Origin: Trueperaceae bacterium
Lineage (GTDB): Bacteria > Deinococcota > Deinococci > Deinococcales > Trueperaceae
DNA length: 64,000 nucleotides
Assembly (NCBI GenBank): GCA_034520945.1
Contig: JAXHNB010000005.1
Location: 576,001 to 640,000 of the forward strand
Direction: 5' to 3'
Part shown: piece after piece, positions 1-11,597 of the stretch
How the letters are laid out: each line of letters begins with the position of its first letter
Position numbering within the stretch: position 1 is the first letter of the stretch
The notes under the pieces: generated by a model
The model's input: the letters and a program-made list of their open reading frames with translations, nothing else
The model's database searches: none
What the model was told of the DNA's origin: nothing
Made by a program: the position numbers and the translations under genes

Positions 1-847
1 AGCCGATGGCAAGGGTGCCCGTCGTGAGGTGGGATCTGAAGGAAGCCGGAGGCAAAGCGCTGGCCCGACGAATAGGAATCGCATAGGAGGCGGTCATGCT
101 GGATGAGGAGTCCAAAGTCTCTGAAGTCCGGTTCTTGCACGGAGGGTATGGCCGTAGATGCGGCGGGCATAAGCGTGAAGGTGGATGCGCATTACCCGGG
201 GAGGCCTACCGGTTGGCCTGTGTGCTACTGGCATCGAGAGGTGCTGGGATGGGCCGGTAGGAGTCAGCCGAGGGCGTAGTAGGTCCTTCGACCGGACTGA
301 AGGCCTGAACAGGGAGTGACGGACGGAGCTCGAGTTTCGATGGTGAGTGGAGACGCAGACAAGATGGCTGGGATGCCTGATTCCCACCCGGAGAGTAGCG
401 GCCGGATGTCGCTGGGGCATGGGTTGGGTGCGTCAAGCGCCACGGCAGCGAGGGATCACTCCGATCCGGAATTGCTGGTGTTGATGGACGTGGTGGTCGA
501 ACGCGGGAACATGACTGCGGCCTACAAGCGGGTGGTTGGCAACAGGGGTGCAGCGGGCGTGGATGGCATGTCCGTTGATGACTTGAAGCCGTGCCTGAAC
601 GAGTGTTGGTCGCGGGTGAAGGAGGAGTTGTTGGCTGGTCGGTACGAGCCGGCGCCGGTGCGGGTTGTTGAGATTCCCAAGCCGGGCGGTGGGGTGCGTG
701 TTCTTGGCATTCCGACGGTGATGGACCGGTTGGTGCAGCAGGCGTTGCTTCAGGTGTTGTCGCCTGTTTTCGATCCTGGCTTTTCCGAGTCGAGCTATGG
801 GTTCCGCCCTGGCCGGAGTGCACATCAGGCCGTGTTGAACGCACGAT
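1..847 (+). mobile_element. Group II intron (probably class C/IIC): 5' RNA part and truncated intron-encoded protein; the intron 5' end lies outside the window
   Basis: Leader motifs GCAAGGGTG..GTGAG..GGATCTGAAGGAAGC..GGCAAA and GAGTCAGCCGAGGGCGTAGTAG resemble IIC intron domains I-III. An RT ORF follows and is cut at about 848 by an IS1634 end. Confidence 0.8.
316..847 (+). pseudogene. ltrA: Group II intron reverse transcriptase/maturase, N-terminal fragment (RT0-RT2)
   Basis: Motifs NRGAAGVDG, EIPKPGGGVRVLGIPTVMDRLVQQA and SYGFRPGRSAHQAV. No YADD motif, because the ORF runs into IS sequence. Confidence 0.9.
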
Positions 848-1464
848 CCTCTCGTTCCGACGTTCGTGGGGTCGTTTTGCGGGGGGTTTCGGGGGGGCGT
901 GTTTTGCGTGTCAGGCGTTGGTGTAGCGTTCGGTGGGGATGTTGAGCAGGTTCAGTACTTGGTGTTGGGTGTTAGTGAGGGTGATCGGGTAGGTGTGCAG
1001 GATGGTTCCGTTGTGGGTGATGGCGTGCCGGGTGATGCCGGCGTAGAGCTTGAGGATGAGGTTGCTGGTGGGTCGGCTGGTGGGGCGCCCTTCGGGGTAG
1101 AGCGGCAGGCCATGAATGTGGTGGTGGGTCATGGCTTGGCGTAGTTCGCGTTCGATGAGGGCGCCGGTGAGGAGCGCGAGGAAGTCGATGATCAGGAGGG
1201 CGTGGATGCGGCCGGGGTTCTTGAGCAGGACGGGCGCGATCTCGAGGCCGCTCTTGGCGTCGCTGAAGCGTCGTTCCACGCCGTGCTGGCGCTTGTGCGC
1301 GTCGAGCGCCTGCTCGGGCGTGAGGGTGCGGTCGTTGCTGATGAGGGGGAACATCCCATCGCTCGCGCGCGTGAGGGTCAGCGCTTCTTCATTGACATGG
1401 TGGTGGATGGTCCACTTGCGTTTGTCGACGCGCTTGTAGGTGGTGTTCGGTCCGGGCCGGCCGG
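848..1464 (-). mobile_element. IS1634-family element, 3' remnant (transposase C-terminus 911-1464)
   Basis: GRPGPNTTYK..DGMFPLISND..VERRFSDAKSGLEIAPVLLKNPGRIHALL..LPLYPEGR. The 5' part is lost at the IS3 junction. Confidence 0.75.
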
Positions 1465-1507
1465 TGGACCTCCCCCGGCGAGGTGGACCGGGCTTGGGCG
1501 CCTTGGA

Positions 1508-2341
1508 TCATGCGGGCACCGTCCTGCGAGCGTACTGGGTTTCCCACTCCACTGGGGTGAGCATGCCCAGGGTGGAGTGACGCCGACGCTGGTTGTACGT
1601 CACCTCCAGCCAGAAGAAGAGCGCGGTTCTCAGTTCCTCCCTCGACCGCCACGCGTGGCGGTCGAGGAGCTCCGTCTGCAACGACGCGAAGAAGCTTTCC
1701 ATCACAGCGTTATCGTGGGGGCTTCCCCGACCGCTCATGCTACTGACCAGGCCCAAACCGGATAGCGTCTCGCCGAAACGAATCGAGGTGTACGTCGCTC
1801 CGCGGTCGGAGTGATGGATCAGGCCGCCGTTCAGGTCGCGCCGGCCGGCGGCCATGGCGACGGCGTCGACCACCAGCTCGGTGGACGCCTGCGTACCCAT
1901 GGACCACCCCACGATCCGTTTCGATGCCGCATCGAGGACGGCCGCCAGGTACAACCAGCCGTCGTCCGTAAGGTGCTGCGTCACGTCCGCGAACCACACG
2001 CGGTTGGGCACCTCCACCTCGAAGGCACGTTGGATGCGATCCGGCGCGACGCGCTCCGCCAGTGAGGCCTCCTGCGCCTTGCGGCGGCCCTGCTTGCGGC
2101 GGTGCACCCCCTGCAAGCCCGCAGCCCGCATGAGGCGCTCCACGCGCTTTGTGGAGACGTACCAGCCGTGCTCCAGGCGCAGCTCGGCGTGCACCCGTGG
2201 TGAGCCGTACGTGCCGTCCGACGCGGCGTGAATCTCACGGATGACGCGAAGCAGCTCATCGTCCTCCTGGGCCCTCTGGGACGGCGGGCGGTCCCGCCAG
2301 GCGTAGTACCCCGCCCGAGCAATGTTCAGAACGCGGCACAT
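1508..2341 (-). CDS. IS3 transposase OrfB (DDE/rve)
   Basis: YGSPRV, WFADVT, HHSDRGATY, DNAVMESFF, YNQRRRHSTLG. Confidence 0.92.
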   Translation of the reverse strand: MCRVLNIARAGYYAWRDRPPSQRAQEDDELLRVIREIHAASDGTYGSPRVHAELRLEHGWYVSTKRVERLMRAAGLQGVHRRKQGRRKAQEASLAERVAPDRIQRAFEVEVPNRVWFADVTQHLTDDGWLYLAAVLDAASKRIVGWSMGTQASTELVVDAVAMAAGRRDLNGGLIHHSDRGATYTSIRFGETLSGLGLVSSMSGRGSPHDNAVMESFFASLQTELLDRHAWRSREELRTALFFWLEVTYNQRRRHSTLGMLTPVEWETQYARRTVPA

Positions 2342-2391
2342 GGTTCTGACGCTGTGGTTCGCCTTCTCCGCATCGACGAACCGATAGACGC

Positions 2392-2670
2392 TTACCGCGT
2401 CGATCGGTCGTCCGTCGCGAAGAAGGCTGCCGCCTTTCGGAGAATCTCCCGTTCCTCACGCAACACGCGGTTCTCGCGTTTCAAACGGCGGATCTCCGCG
2501 CTTTCCTCGACCGCCTGCGGGTTCTCCTGGACTTCGGCGTCCCGCACCCACTTCCGGATCGAGTACGCGCTCACGCCCAGTTCCTCCGCCAGTTTCCGGA
2601 AGCCCTTGCCGCTCTCCCGGTAGAGGCGTACGACCTCCTGTTTGTACTCGCTGCTGTACCGCTTGGCCAT
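2392..2670 (-). CDS. IS3 transposase OrfA (HTH)
   Basis: KRYSSEYKQEVVRLY..LAEELGVS..IRKWVR..EIRRLKRENRVLREEREILRKAAAFFA. Confidence 0.9.
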   Translation of the reverse strand: MAKRYSSEYKQEVVRLYRESGKGFRKLAEELGVSAYSIRKWVRDAEVQENPQAVEESAEIRRLKRENRVLREEREILRKAAAFFATDDRSTR

Positions 2671-2742
2671 TCGGACCAGTCCTTTCCTTCCCGGAACCTA
2701 CCAGGAAGCAGTCACATGGTCCACGAGGCCGGAGGAACTCCA

Positions 2743-2959
2743 CACCCACACCAGCCGCAGTACCTCCCTGATCTTCCGCATCGAAACCCTCTTTCCAGGC
2801 ATGCGGCACCTCCAACGGCACCGTACGCCCCCAAGAATCCCCAACCCGCACCCCACCCCGGGAGGCTGGCGGAATCGATCGGAATCCGGTGGCGCCATCA
2901 ACCGGAATCAGATGGCGACATGAATCGGAATCAGGTGGCGACAACGACCGGAATATCCA
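2743..2959 (-). mobile_element. IS21-family left-end remnant with the first ~20 codons of istA
   Basis: End TGGATATTCC followed by repeated GCCACC-GATTCC units. The peptide MPGKRVSMRKIREVLRL is homologous to istA at 8568. Confidence 0.85.
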
Positions 2960-3963
2960 TCGCTGAAGAACGACAACCGGACCGGCACCAGTTCCGCCTG
3001 ATCCAACTTCGCGCGGGCGCCCTCGGTGGCGTCGATGGCGAGGACCACCACCTCCCCTTCCGCGGCGGGCGCCACCTGCAGGCGCGTCACCAGCTCCGCC
3101 AGCCACTCCAGGTACAGCTCGGCCGCCAGGGCGCTGAACCCGTAACGGTCCGTGAGTTCGTGGTGCATGCCCTCCCGCGCAGCGGGCGCGCCCGGCAGGA
3201 TCGCGCCGGCCGGCACGTCCAGCTCCCCCGCCTCGCGCGGGTGGCGCTGCAAGACCCAACGGACCTGCTCGACCTCGAGCGTGCTCCACCCCACCCGCGC
3301 GGCCAAAACCTCCGCAGGTGCCTCGTGCGCGTCGCGCACGCGCACGACCCCAGCCAGCAGCGCCTTCCAGGCCGACGGCGTCACGCCCAACGCGGCGCGT
3401 TCCTCCTCCAGCGCGCCTCCCGCCAGGAGGCGCCCCACAAGCCACGCCACCACGCCCAACGCCTCCAGCTGCTCCTGGCGACCCCCGACGTGCGGCAGCC
3501 ACACGCCCGCCTCCCGCTACGGCTGGAGGCGGCCCGCCAACGCCGAAGGGGACAAGCTCGCCCACGCCCCCACGTCCGCCAGGCTCGCCCACCCGCCGGC
3601 GCGGTGCACCTCGAGAAGCCACCGCACGATCCGGGCGCGCTGCAGGCCCGCAAGGCCCCACGCCTCCCACGCCCACCTGTCCTCCAGCACGTCCACCGCC
3701 GTGATCATCACCGGCGCCCGCCGTGCCGCCGAGTGCCGCCTGGAACGCGTCAGCGGCGCAGGCAAGCGCACCTGTCCCGGCAGGACCGCCAACCCCAACG
3801 ACGGCAACCACCCCAGGCTCGCGCGCGCCAACACCTCCGCCTCCAAGGGGCTACGACCGAACTCCACCCGCAACGCCCGCTCGATCACCACCCCCACCCC
3901 CTTCAAGCGCACCGAACGCATCTCGAACGCGATCCGTTGCCGGTAATTCCGAACCCGACCCAC
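2960..3963 (-). pseudogene. DUF1670-like gene A paralog, frameshifted near 3510 and truncated by IS21
   Basis: Clear homology to 6043-7626 (RWLLEVHRxGGWASL, WLPHVGG, AIDAxEGARAKL, LVPVRL). Confidence 0.85.
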
Positions 3964-4019
3964 CCCGTCACCCCCTCCAAGACAAGAACGAGGAGGCTAT
4001 CGTACTGGCAAACCGCTAT

Positions 4020-5997
4020 CCCGCCTTCGACACCTCGTGGGCATGCGCGGGGGTGGGGTCGTGCGTGGGACGGGGTTCGTAGGGTCGTAGGTGCGCGTCG
4101 GGGGGCTTGCGATGGGCATAAGCTTGTGGATAACGAGCTTGTCCTGTTCGTAGGTGACGTGCTATCGTGTGGGCATGTACGTTCGGGAGGTGAAGTCGGG
4201 CGGGCATGCCTACTTGTCGTTGGCGCACAACCGGCGCGATCCGGACAGCGGGCAGGTGAAGGCGGAGGTGCTGTACAACTTCGGTCGGAAGGACCGCATC
4301 GACCAGAACGCGTTGCGGCGCCTGGTGCGCAGCCTGGCGCGGTTCCTGGAGCCCGGCGAGGTGGAGCAGTTGGCGGGGTCGGGCGCGCTGGGCGACCTGG
4401 GCGCGTTCGTGCGGGCGAAACGGCTGGGCGGCACGCACGTGCTGGACGGGATCTGGGCGCGTCTCGGCATCGACGAGGCGTTACGCGGGCTGTTGAAGGC
4501 GCGGCGGTTCCGCACGCCGGTCGAACGGCTCCTGTTCGCGTTGGTGGCGCAACGGGCGTTGAACCCGGGCAGCAAGCTGGACGTGGAGTCTTGGGTGCGG
4601 GACGAGACGCACGTGAACGGCCTCGAGCAGCGTGGACGTGCAACAGCTCTACCGCGCCATGGACTTCCTGCTTGAGGCGCACGACGAGATTCAACGCGAG
4701 GTGTTCTGGAGCGTCAGCAACCTCTTCAACCTCGAGGTGGACGTGATCTTCGTGGATACCACCAGCGTGTACTTCGAGATCGAAGGCGAAGACGAGGCGC
4801 CCGTCGACGACGAGGCTGGGAACGGCGACGAAGGCGAGGGCGACGAGGGTGCCGAGGGCGCCGAGGCCTTGCGGATGCGCGGGCACTCCAAGGACGCCCG
4901 GCCGGACCTGGCGCAGGCCGTTGTGGCGTTCGCCGTCACCCGCGACGGGATTCCCGTCCGGTGTTGGGTGTGGCCCGGCAACACGGCGGACGTGAACGTC
5001 GTCGAGGAAGTGAAGCGGGACCTGAACGATTGGAAGCTGGACCGCGTGATCGTGGTGGCCGACACCGGCTTCAACATCGCAAGCGAACCGCCGCACCCTG
5101 CAGGGCGCGGCGGACGCGTACATCCTGGGCGAGAAACTCCGGCTCGGACCGAACGGCACCCTGCCGGAGGCGTTGCGGCGGCCCGGCCGGTACAAGACCC
5201 TTCAGAACGGGTTGCGGATCAAGGAGGTCACCACGCAGCGGGGCAGCGTGATGGCCCGGCGCTTCGTGGTGGTGCACAACCCTGAGCAGGCCAAACGGGA
5301 CCAGGCGAAACGCGACGAGATCGTCGCGGACACCGAGATGCGCCTCGCGAACATGAACCAGCTCGACGGGGAGGCGCACACCAAGGCCGCGTGCGACCTG
5401 CGCGCGCACCCGAGCTTCGGGCGGTACGTCCGGCAGACCAAGACCGGGCTCTTGCGGTTGGACAAGGGCAAGATCGCGCGGGAGGCGAAACTGGACGGGA
5501 AGTTCCTGGTCAGCACCAGCGATCCGCACCTCCCCGCCGAGGACGTCGCCATGGGGTACAAGCAACTGCACGAGGTGGAACGCGTCCACCGGGACTTGAA
5601 GCACACCGTCGACGTCCGGCCCGTCTACCACCGCCGAGCCGATCGGATTCGCGCGCACATGATCCTCTGCTGGCTGGCGCTCCTCCTGATCCGCGTGGCG
5701 GAGAACGAGACCGGCCGGACCTGGTTTCAGCTCAAACGAACCCTGCATTCCTTGTCCGTCGCGGAGCACACCACCGAGGCCGGCCCCATCGTGCAAACCA
5801 ACCGGCCCAACACCGAGCAGAAAGCCGTCCTGGACGCCGTGAACCTGAGACCACCCCCCAGGTACCTGGCGTTCCCCACCCCCACCAAGGCCGCCTGAAG
5901 GCGTAGACACAAACCCCAGACCGCCTTCAACGGCCGTTCTAGCGTCCCACACTTCCCGCACGGCCGATCCTTATGACCACCAACTGTCGAGCGCGGG
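4020..5997 (+). mobile_element. IS1634-family element
   Basis: IRs CCCGCCTTCGACA / TGTCGAGCGCGGG around a transposase gene. Confidence 0.8.
4175..5898 (+). pseudogene. IS1634 transposase with two frameshifts (~4630, ~5085; real or sequencing error)
   Basis: YLSLAHNRRD, IFVDTTSVYFE, RGHSKDARPDLAQ, WPGNTAD, VVADTGF, YKQLHEVERVHRDLK, RPVYHR. Confidence 0.85.
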
Positions 5998-6042
5998 ATA
6001 GCGGTCATGTGGTAGGAAGGGGTACGTTCTTGGGTTGGGAGG

Positions 6043-7626
6043 GTGCTGGTGGGTAGGTCGCGGCGGTATCGGGAGCGGATCGAGGCGGAGACGCGTTCGG
6101 TGGCGGTGAAGGGCGTGTCGGCGGTGATCGCGCGGGCATTGCGAACGGAGTTCGGCCGGAGCCGGATGGAGGCGGAGGCGTTGGCGGCGCGGAGCGTGGC
6201 GTGGCTGCCGGCGTTGGGGGTGGGCCTGGCGCCGGGACGAGCGACGCTGTCGGTGCCGGCGACGGCGTCGCGTCGTTGGGCACGGGAGCGCAGGCGCATG
6301 GCGACCCTATCGCTGGTGGACGTGGAGCGCGACACGGAGGCGTGGCGGCGTTGGGGCTTGCCCGCGCTGCAGCGGGCCCGGGCGGTGCGCTGGCTGCTCG
6401 AGGTCCACCGGCAGGGGGGTTGGGCGAGCCTGAGCGAGGTGGCGGCGTGGGCGAACCTGACGCCGACGGCGCTCTCATCGCGGTTGCGGCCGTTGCGGGA
6501 GGTGGGCGTGTGGCTGCCGCACGTCGGCGGGCCGGCGGCGTCGGACGCGGCGTGGGGCGTGGAGGCCTGGCTGCTGGGTCGGCACTTGGGGGGCGGCGAC
6601 CTCGCGGCGGCGCTGGAACTGGCGGGGTATGGCGATGCGGCATGGCGGGGGGTGCTGGAAGCCGCCGCGCGGATGATGGCGCTGCATGAGGCCGGCACCG
6701 AACCCGAGGAGATCGCGGGCGTGGTGGGGCGCAGCGTTCGCGAGGTGCGCGAGGGCCTGCGGGTGGTCGCGGATCACGGCGGTCTGGACCTCCCCGCGGT
6801 ATCGGCGCTGCCTCCCTCGCAGGCACGGGGGGAGGAGATCGAGGGGGAACTGGTCGAGCGGTTCGGGTTCTCGCGCGTGGCGGCGGGCCTGTACCGGGCG
6901 TGGTTGGCGCGCCTGGCGGGCGAACTGGCCGCGCCGGGCGCGGGCGAGGGCGAGCTGACCTTCTTCGCGATCGACGCGGGCGAGGGCGCCCGCGCGAAAC
7001 TGACGGAGGCGAAGCTGGTACCGGTCCGCCTGACGTTCATCACCGACGCGGACCTGGCGTTGGGGCCGCGCGGGCTGGTCCCGACGCGGGTGGCGGAAAT
7101 GAAGTTCGCGCGGATCGAACGGCTCGCCCGCCAAGCCCGTGAGCAGGGCGCCCTGCTGACCCTGCCGGACTTGGCGGTCCTGCTCGGAATGCACGTCGAC
7201 GCCATCCGGCATCACCTGGCGGAGCATCCCGACGTGCTGGTCCCCACCCGCGGGCGCGTCAAGGACATCGGGCGGGGCGTGAGCCACAAGACCTGGATCG
7301 TGGAGCTGTACCTGCAGATGCACTCCGAGAGCGAGATCGTCGAGCGCACCCAGCACGCGTACGAGAGCGTCGAAGCGTACCTCAGGGAGTTCGCGCGGGT
7401 GTTGATCCTTGCCGATCGCGGCATGAACGCGGTGATGATCCGGCGCGTCACGCACCGCTCGATGTCACTGGTGAACGGCTACCTCGAGTTGTACCGGCGT
7501 TACGACCGGCCCGAGCATCACTTCCGGTTGTCGCAACTGCGTGACGCGTTCACCCGCGAGGACCTCCTCGGCGGCGAAAAGGGGGGGCACCACCGTGCTT
7601 CCCGTACCGGGGACGGCACGCCGTGA
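6043..7626 (+). CDS. DUF1670-like protein A (527 aa)
   Basis: C-terminal QAREQGALLTLPDLAVLL..VPTRGRVKDIGRGVSHK..IVELYL..HAYESVEAYLREF resembles DUF1670. Confidence 0.75.
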   Translation: MLVGRSRRYRERIEAETRSVAVKGVSAVIARALRTEFGRSRMEAEALAARSVAWLPALGVGLAPGRATLSVPATASRRWARERRRMATLSLVDVERDTEAWRRWGLPALQRARAVRWLLEVHRQGGWASLSEVAAWANLTPTALSSRLRPLREVGVWLPHVGGPAASDAAWGVEAWLLGRHLGGGDLAAALELAGYGDAAWRGVLEAAARMMALHEAGTEPEEIAGVVGRSVREVREGLRVVADHGGLDLPAVSALPPSQARGEEIEGELVERFGFSRVAAGLYRAWLARLAGELAAPGAGEGELTFFAIDAGEGARAKLTEAKLVPVRLTFITDADLALGPRGLVPTRVAEMKFARIERLARQAREQGALLTLPDLAVLLGMHVDAIRHHLAEHPDVLVPTRGRVKDIGRGVSHKTWIVELYLQMHSESEIVERTQHAYESVEAYLREFARVLILADRGMNAVMIRRVTHRSMSLVNGYLELYRRYDRPEHHFRLSQLRDAFTREDLLGGEKGGHHRASRTGDGTP

Positions 7627-8567
7627 CCTGGCAGCACGAGGTGTTCGGCCCCATGCTGGAGCGCACCCTGGAGAACGCCCAGGTGCACTGCCTCGCCACG
7701 CGGTACGACCTCTCCCGCGACTCTCGCCTCGCGCGCGCCATCGTCACCAAGGTCAATACCGCCCTCGACACGGAAGAGCGAAGGCGCGGCGTGCAACGCG
7801 TCCATACCGGCGAACTGCTGATCCGCACCGGCCGCGGCCCGCTCGTCCTGCCGCTACGCACCCCAGAACTGCTCCAGCGCGTCATTGACGGTGAACGCTG
7901 GGACCGCGTGCGACGCGACATCCTCACCGAAAGCGCCGATCGGTACCGACAGCTGTTCCCCGACGCGCACCCCCAAGACGTGCGCGACTTCCTCCGCGCC
8001 CTCTATCCCGGCCGCATGCCACGCACGGCCGGCACCCATCCCGCCGTCGGGCCGCGCCGCACGCGCCCGTGGGGAAGCACCATCCCCGGCGGCACGCCCG
8101 CCCCCGAGCTGGACCTCGCACGGGCGGAACGCCGCACGCAGCGCGGCCCACCCAGGCCCGCCCACGAGCAAGACACCCTCATGGCCCTCACGCGCTACCT
8201 CGGCACCGAGGCCGGCATTCCCCCAGCCGTGCAGGAACCGATGCTGCTCGAGTTGAGCGCGCTACGCGCCCGTTTCCACCCCCGCGTCGGCATGCTCGCC
8301 AGCGGCCACATGCCCCTCGCCGCCATGCACGCCGATGCCGGCCGGAACCTCTGGCGCGCCAGTCGCGACCAACCCCTCGCGCCCATCACCATCAGCGTCC
8401 TGCAAGGTGGGTATTCCAGGCGTTTTCGGCCACCGATTCCACGGGAAAGCGGCCACTGATTCCACGGGATTCCGGCCACCTGTTCCAGGGGATTTCGGCC
8501 GCCCTTCCCGGGAGGGGTAGGGCGGGAATCTCGTTGGGCTTACGGTGCTTCCGTGAGGGGAGGCCGT

Positions 8568-10160
8568 ATGCCGAGGAAGAGGTTGTCGATGCGGAAGGTC
8601 AGAGAGGTATTGCGCTTGTTGTGGGGCCAGCGTCGGAGCGCGCGGGAGGTGGCCGTAAGCTGCAACCTGGCACGCAGCAGCGTCCGAGAGTACGAGCGGA
8701 GGGCCGAAGCTGCGGGCTTGTCATGGCCGCTGCCGGACGTGGACGACGGGACGCTGGAGAACACGCTGTTCCCCCCACGGCCTGGGGCGAAGGAGGTCGA
8801 ACGGCCGTTGCCGGACTGGGACGCGGCGGACCGGGAGTTGCGGCGGAACAAGCGGGTGACGCGCCTCCTTTTGTGGGAGGAGTACCGCGCAGCGCATCCG
8901 CTGGGGTACGCGTACAGCAAGTATTGTGAGGGCCTGCGCACCTGGCGTGACTCGCTGGACGTCTCCATGCGGCAGGTGCATTACGCGGGCGAGAAGGCGT
9001 TCGTCGATTACGCCGGGGACACGATTCCCATCGTCGATGCCGCTACGGGCGAGGTTCGCGACGCGCACGTGTTCGTCGGGGCGTTGGGCGCCAGCCAGTA
9101 CGCGTACGTGGAGGCCACCTGGACGCAGGCCCTGCCGGACTGGATCGCGTCGCACGTGCGGATGCTCGCCTACTTCAGGGGGTGCCCCGAAATCCTCGTG
9201 CCCGACAACCTTAAGGCCGGCGTGAAGAGCCCGCACCTGTTCGAGCCGGAGGTCAACCCGACCTACCTCGAGTTCGCGCGGCACTACGATGTCGCGGTGA
9301 TTCCCGCCCGCCGCCGCCGGCCCAAGGACAAGGCGGTGGTGGAGTCGGGCGTGCAGGTGGTGGAACGCTGGATTCTGGCGCGCCTCAGGAACCGGACGTT
9401 CTTCACGCTTGCGGAAGCGAACGACGCGATCTGGGCGTTGCTGGAGGAGTACAACGAGCGGCCGTTCCAGAAGCGGCCCGGCTCGAGGCGCTCCATGTTC
9501 CTGGAGCTCGACCGGCCGGCCTTGCGGCCGCTGCCCGCCGCGCGGTACGTGTTCGCGGAGTGGTCGAAGGTCCGACCGCACATCGATTACCACGTCCAGA
9601 TCGACAAGCACTTCTACAGTGTCCCCTACCAACTCCGCAAGAAACAGCTCGATGCGCGCGTGACGGCCTCGACGATCGAGGTGTTCCACCGCAACGCGCG
9701 GGTGGCGAGCCACGCCCGCTCGTACCAGAAGGGCGGGCACACCACCGTCAAGGAGCACATGCCCAAAGCGCACCAGGAGCACGCCGGCATGACAGAAGAG
9801 ACCTTATTCGCGTGGGCTGGCCGGATGGGGCCCGCCACCGTCGCGTTCACGGAGGGCGCCATCGCCGCGCGGACGCACCCGCAGCAGGCGTTCCGGTCCT
9901 GCGTTGGCACCCTGAACCTCGGCAAGACGTACGGCAACGACCGGCTCGAGAACGCCTGCGCGCGCGCCGTGAAGCTCCGCTCGTACTCCCTCAAGAGCGT
10001 CAAGGCGATCCTGAAGAACCGTCTCGACGAGCAACCCCTCGAAACGCCCCAAGCGGCCGCCCCACCGAAAACGCAGCATGAGAACGTCCGCGGCGGCGCG
10101 TACTACGCGGCTCCCAGCGAGCCTCGCGAAGAAGAGCAGGAGGGCCAGCCGGCATGCTGA
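8568..10160 (+). CDS. istA: IS21 transposase IstA
   Basis: [39 protein letters not shown]. Confidence 0.95.
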   Translation: MPRKRLSMRKVREVLRLLWGQRRSAREVAVSCNLARSSVREYERRAEAAGLSWPLPDVDDGTLENTLFPPRPGAKEVERPLPDWDAADRELRRNKRVTRLLLWEEYRAAHPLGYAYSKYCEGLRTWRDSLDVSMRQVHYAGEKAFVDYAGDTIPIVDAATGEVRDAHVFVGALGASQYAYVEATWTQALPDWIASHVRMLAYFRGCPEILVPDNLKAGVKSPHLFEPEVNPTYLEFARHYDVAVIPARRRRPKDKAVVESGVQVVERWILARLRNRTFFTLAEANDAIWALLEEYNERPFQKRPGSRRSMFLELDRPALRPLPAARYVFAEWSKVRPHIDYHVQIDKHFYSVPYQLRKKQLDARVTASTIEVFHRNARVASHARSYQKGGHTTVKEHMPKAHQEHAGMTEETLFAWAGRMGPATVAFTEGAIAARTHPQQAFRSCVGTLNLGKTYGNDRLENACARAVKLRSYSLKSVKAILKNRLDEQPLETPQAAAPPKTQHENVRGGAYYAAPSEPREEEQEGQPAC

Positions 10161-10914
10161 CGCACCCCACGCTCGAGAAACTCCGGACCCTGCAGTTGCG
10201 CGGCATGGCTGCCGCCCTCGAAGACCAAGCCCGCACGCCCGACATCGAAACCCTCTCCTTCGAAGAACGATTGGGACTGCTGTTGGACCGCGAGGAAACG
10301 ACCCGCGCCGATCGGCGCCTCAAGACCCGCCTCACCCAAGCGAAACTACGCGTGCCGGCCAGCATCGAGGACATCGACTACCAAGCGAAACGAAACCTGG
10401 ACAAGAGCGTCCTGCTGAACCTCGCCAACTGCAATTGGATCGAGCGGCACCAGAACCTCGTCATTACCGGCCCCACCGGCGTCGGCAAGACCTACCTCGC
10501 CTGCGCCCTCGCGCACAAGGCCTGCCAAGAGGGCCACAAGGCCCTCTACCAACGCCTCCCCAGGCTCCTGCACGACCTGGAGATCGCCAAAGGCGACGGC
10601 CGCTACCGAAGCATGCTCGCCAGCCTCCAACGCATCGATCTCATCGCCCTCGACGACTGGGGGTTACCCCCATGAGCGACACCAACCGGCGGGACCTCCT
10701 CGAACTCCTCGACGACCGCTACGCCACCAGAAGCACGCTCATCACCAGCCAACTGCCCGTCGACGCCTGGCACGACTACCTGAACGATCCCACCCTCGCC
10801 GACGCCATCCTGGACCGCTTCATCCACAACGCCCACCGACTCGACCTACGCGGCGACAGCATGCGCAAAACCCGCGGCCGATTGACAGACCACCAGGCCA
10901 CAAGCAACAGTTAA
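10154..10914 (+). CDS. istB: IS21 helper ATPase IstB, one frameshift near 10668
   Basis: [30 protein letters not shown]. Confidence 0.9.
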
Positions 10915-11597
10915 CCCACCTGCCCGCCCCCCAGGGAGAGGGCGGCCGCAATCACCCGGAACGGGTGGCCGGATAACCCCGGAATCACCGGCCGGAATCA
11001 ACCGGAAACGGCGGCCGAATAGCGTGGAATAGCCACAAGGCACCGAACGAGGCACCCTGCAAGCCAACCCGCCCGCCAGCGGCGACGCGTACCTCCAGCT
11101 TCACGGCACCCGCATGGCGCGCGCCCTCAGCGAAGCGTACCTCCAAGACGGCCTGCTCTCCTTCACCGAACTGCAGTGGATCTTCCTCGCCAGCCACGCC
11201 AGCGTCTCCCGCGCCATCGACCATTACCAACGCACGCACCACGTCATCCTGCCCTGCCCCGGCACCGTCCTCGACATGGGCCGCATGCTCACCCACAAGG
11301 ACCTCATCATCAAACTCCATCTACAAGGCCACACCGTCCTCGAGATCAGCGACCGCACCCACCACAACCCCCGCAGCATCGACGCCTACCTCAAAACGTT
11401 CGACGCCGTCCTCATCCTCAAGACCTACCACCTCCCCACCCCCCTCATCGCCACCGTCCTCGGCCACGGCCAAGAACTCATCCACGAATACCTCGACATC
11501 ATCGACGCCTACCTCAAACCCACCCACGCCATCCGCGAACACCTCCAACAACGAGGCGTCACCATCCCCACTCAAACACCACATGCCGGTTGACACA

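Larger units (their letters stand above)
1465..2742 (-). mobile_element. IS3-family element, complete (1278 bp)
   Basis: Terminal IRs TGGACCTCCCCCGGCGAGGTGGACC (1465) and TGGAGTTCCTCCGGCCTCGTGGACC (minus strand from 2742), enclosing orfA and orfB. No target duplication. Confidence 0.9.
8408..11035 (+). mobile_element. IS21-family element, complete, with 5-bp target duplication CAAGG
   Basis: Ends TGGGTATTCC / GGAATAGCCA with internal repeats. CAAGG occurs at 8403-8407 and 11036-11040. Confidence 0.95.
7623..11593 (+). pseudogene. DUF1670-like protein B, split by IS21 (7623-8407 + 11041-11593)
   Basis: Removing the IS and one CAAGG restores the frame: ISVLQG|TERGTLQ..MARALSEAYLQDGLLS..PCPGTVLDMGRMLTHKDLIIKLHL..HNPRSIDAYLKTF. 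Overlaps gene A by GTGA. Confidence 0.85.

Noticed and set aside
316..945. RT as a retron, DGR or defence RT (with the metX repeats as template/variable repeats)
   Set aside because: The RT0 motif and upstream RNA are group II intron-like, the ORF is truncated before the catalytic motif, and the metX copy differences are not adenine-specific.
8408..8500. Short repeats here, at 2860-2959 and at 10940-11035 as iterons or CRISPR
   Set aside because: They are the multiple terminal repeats typical of IS21 ends.
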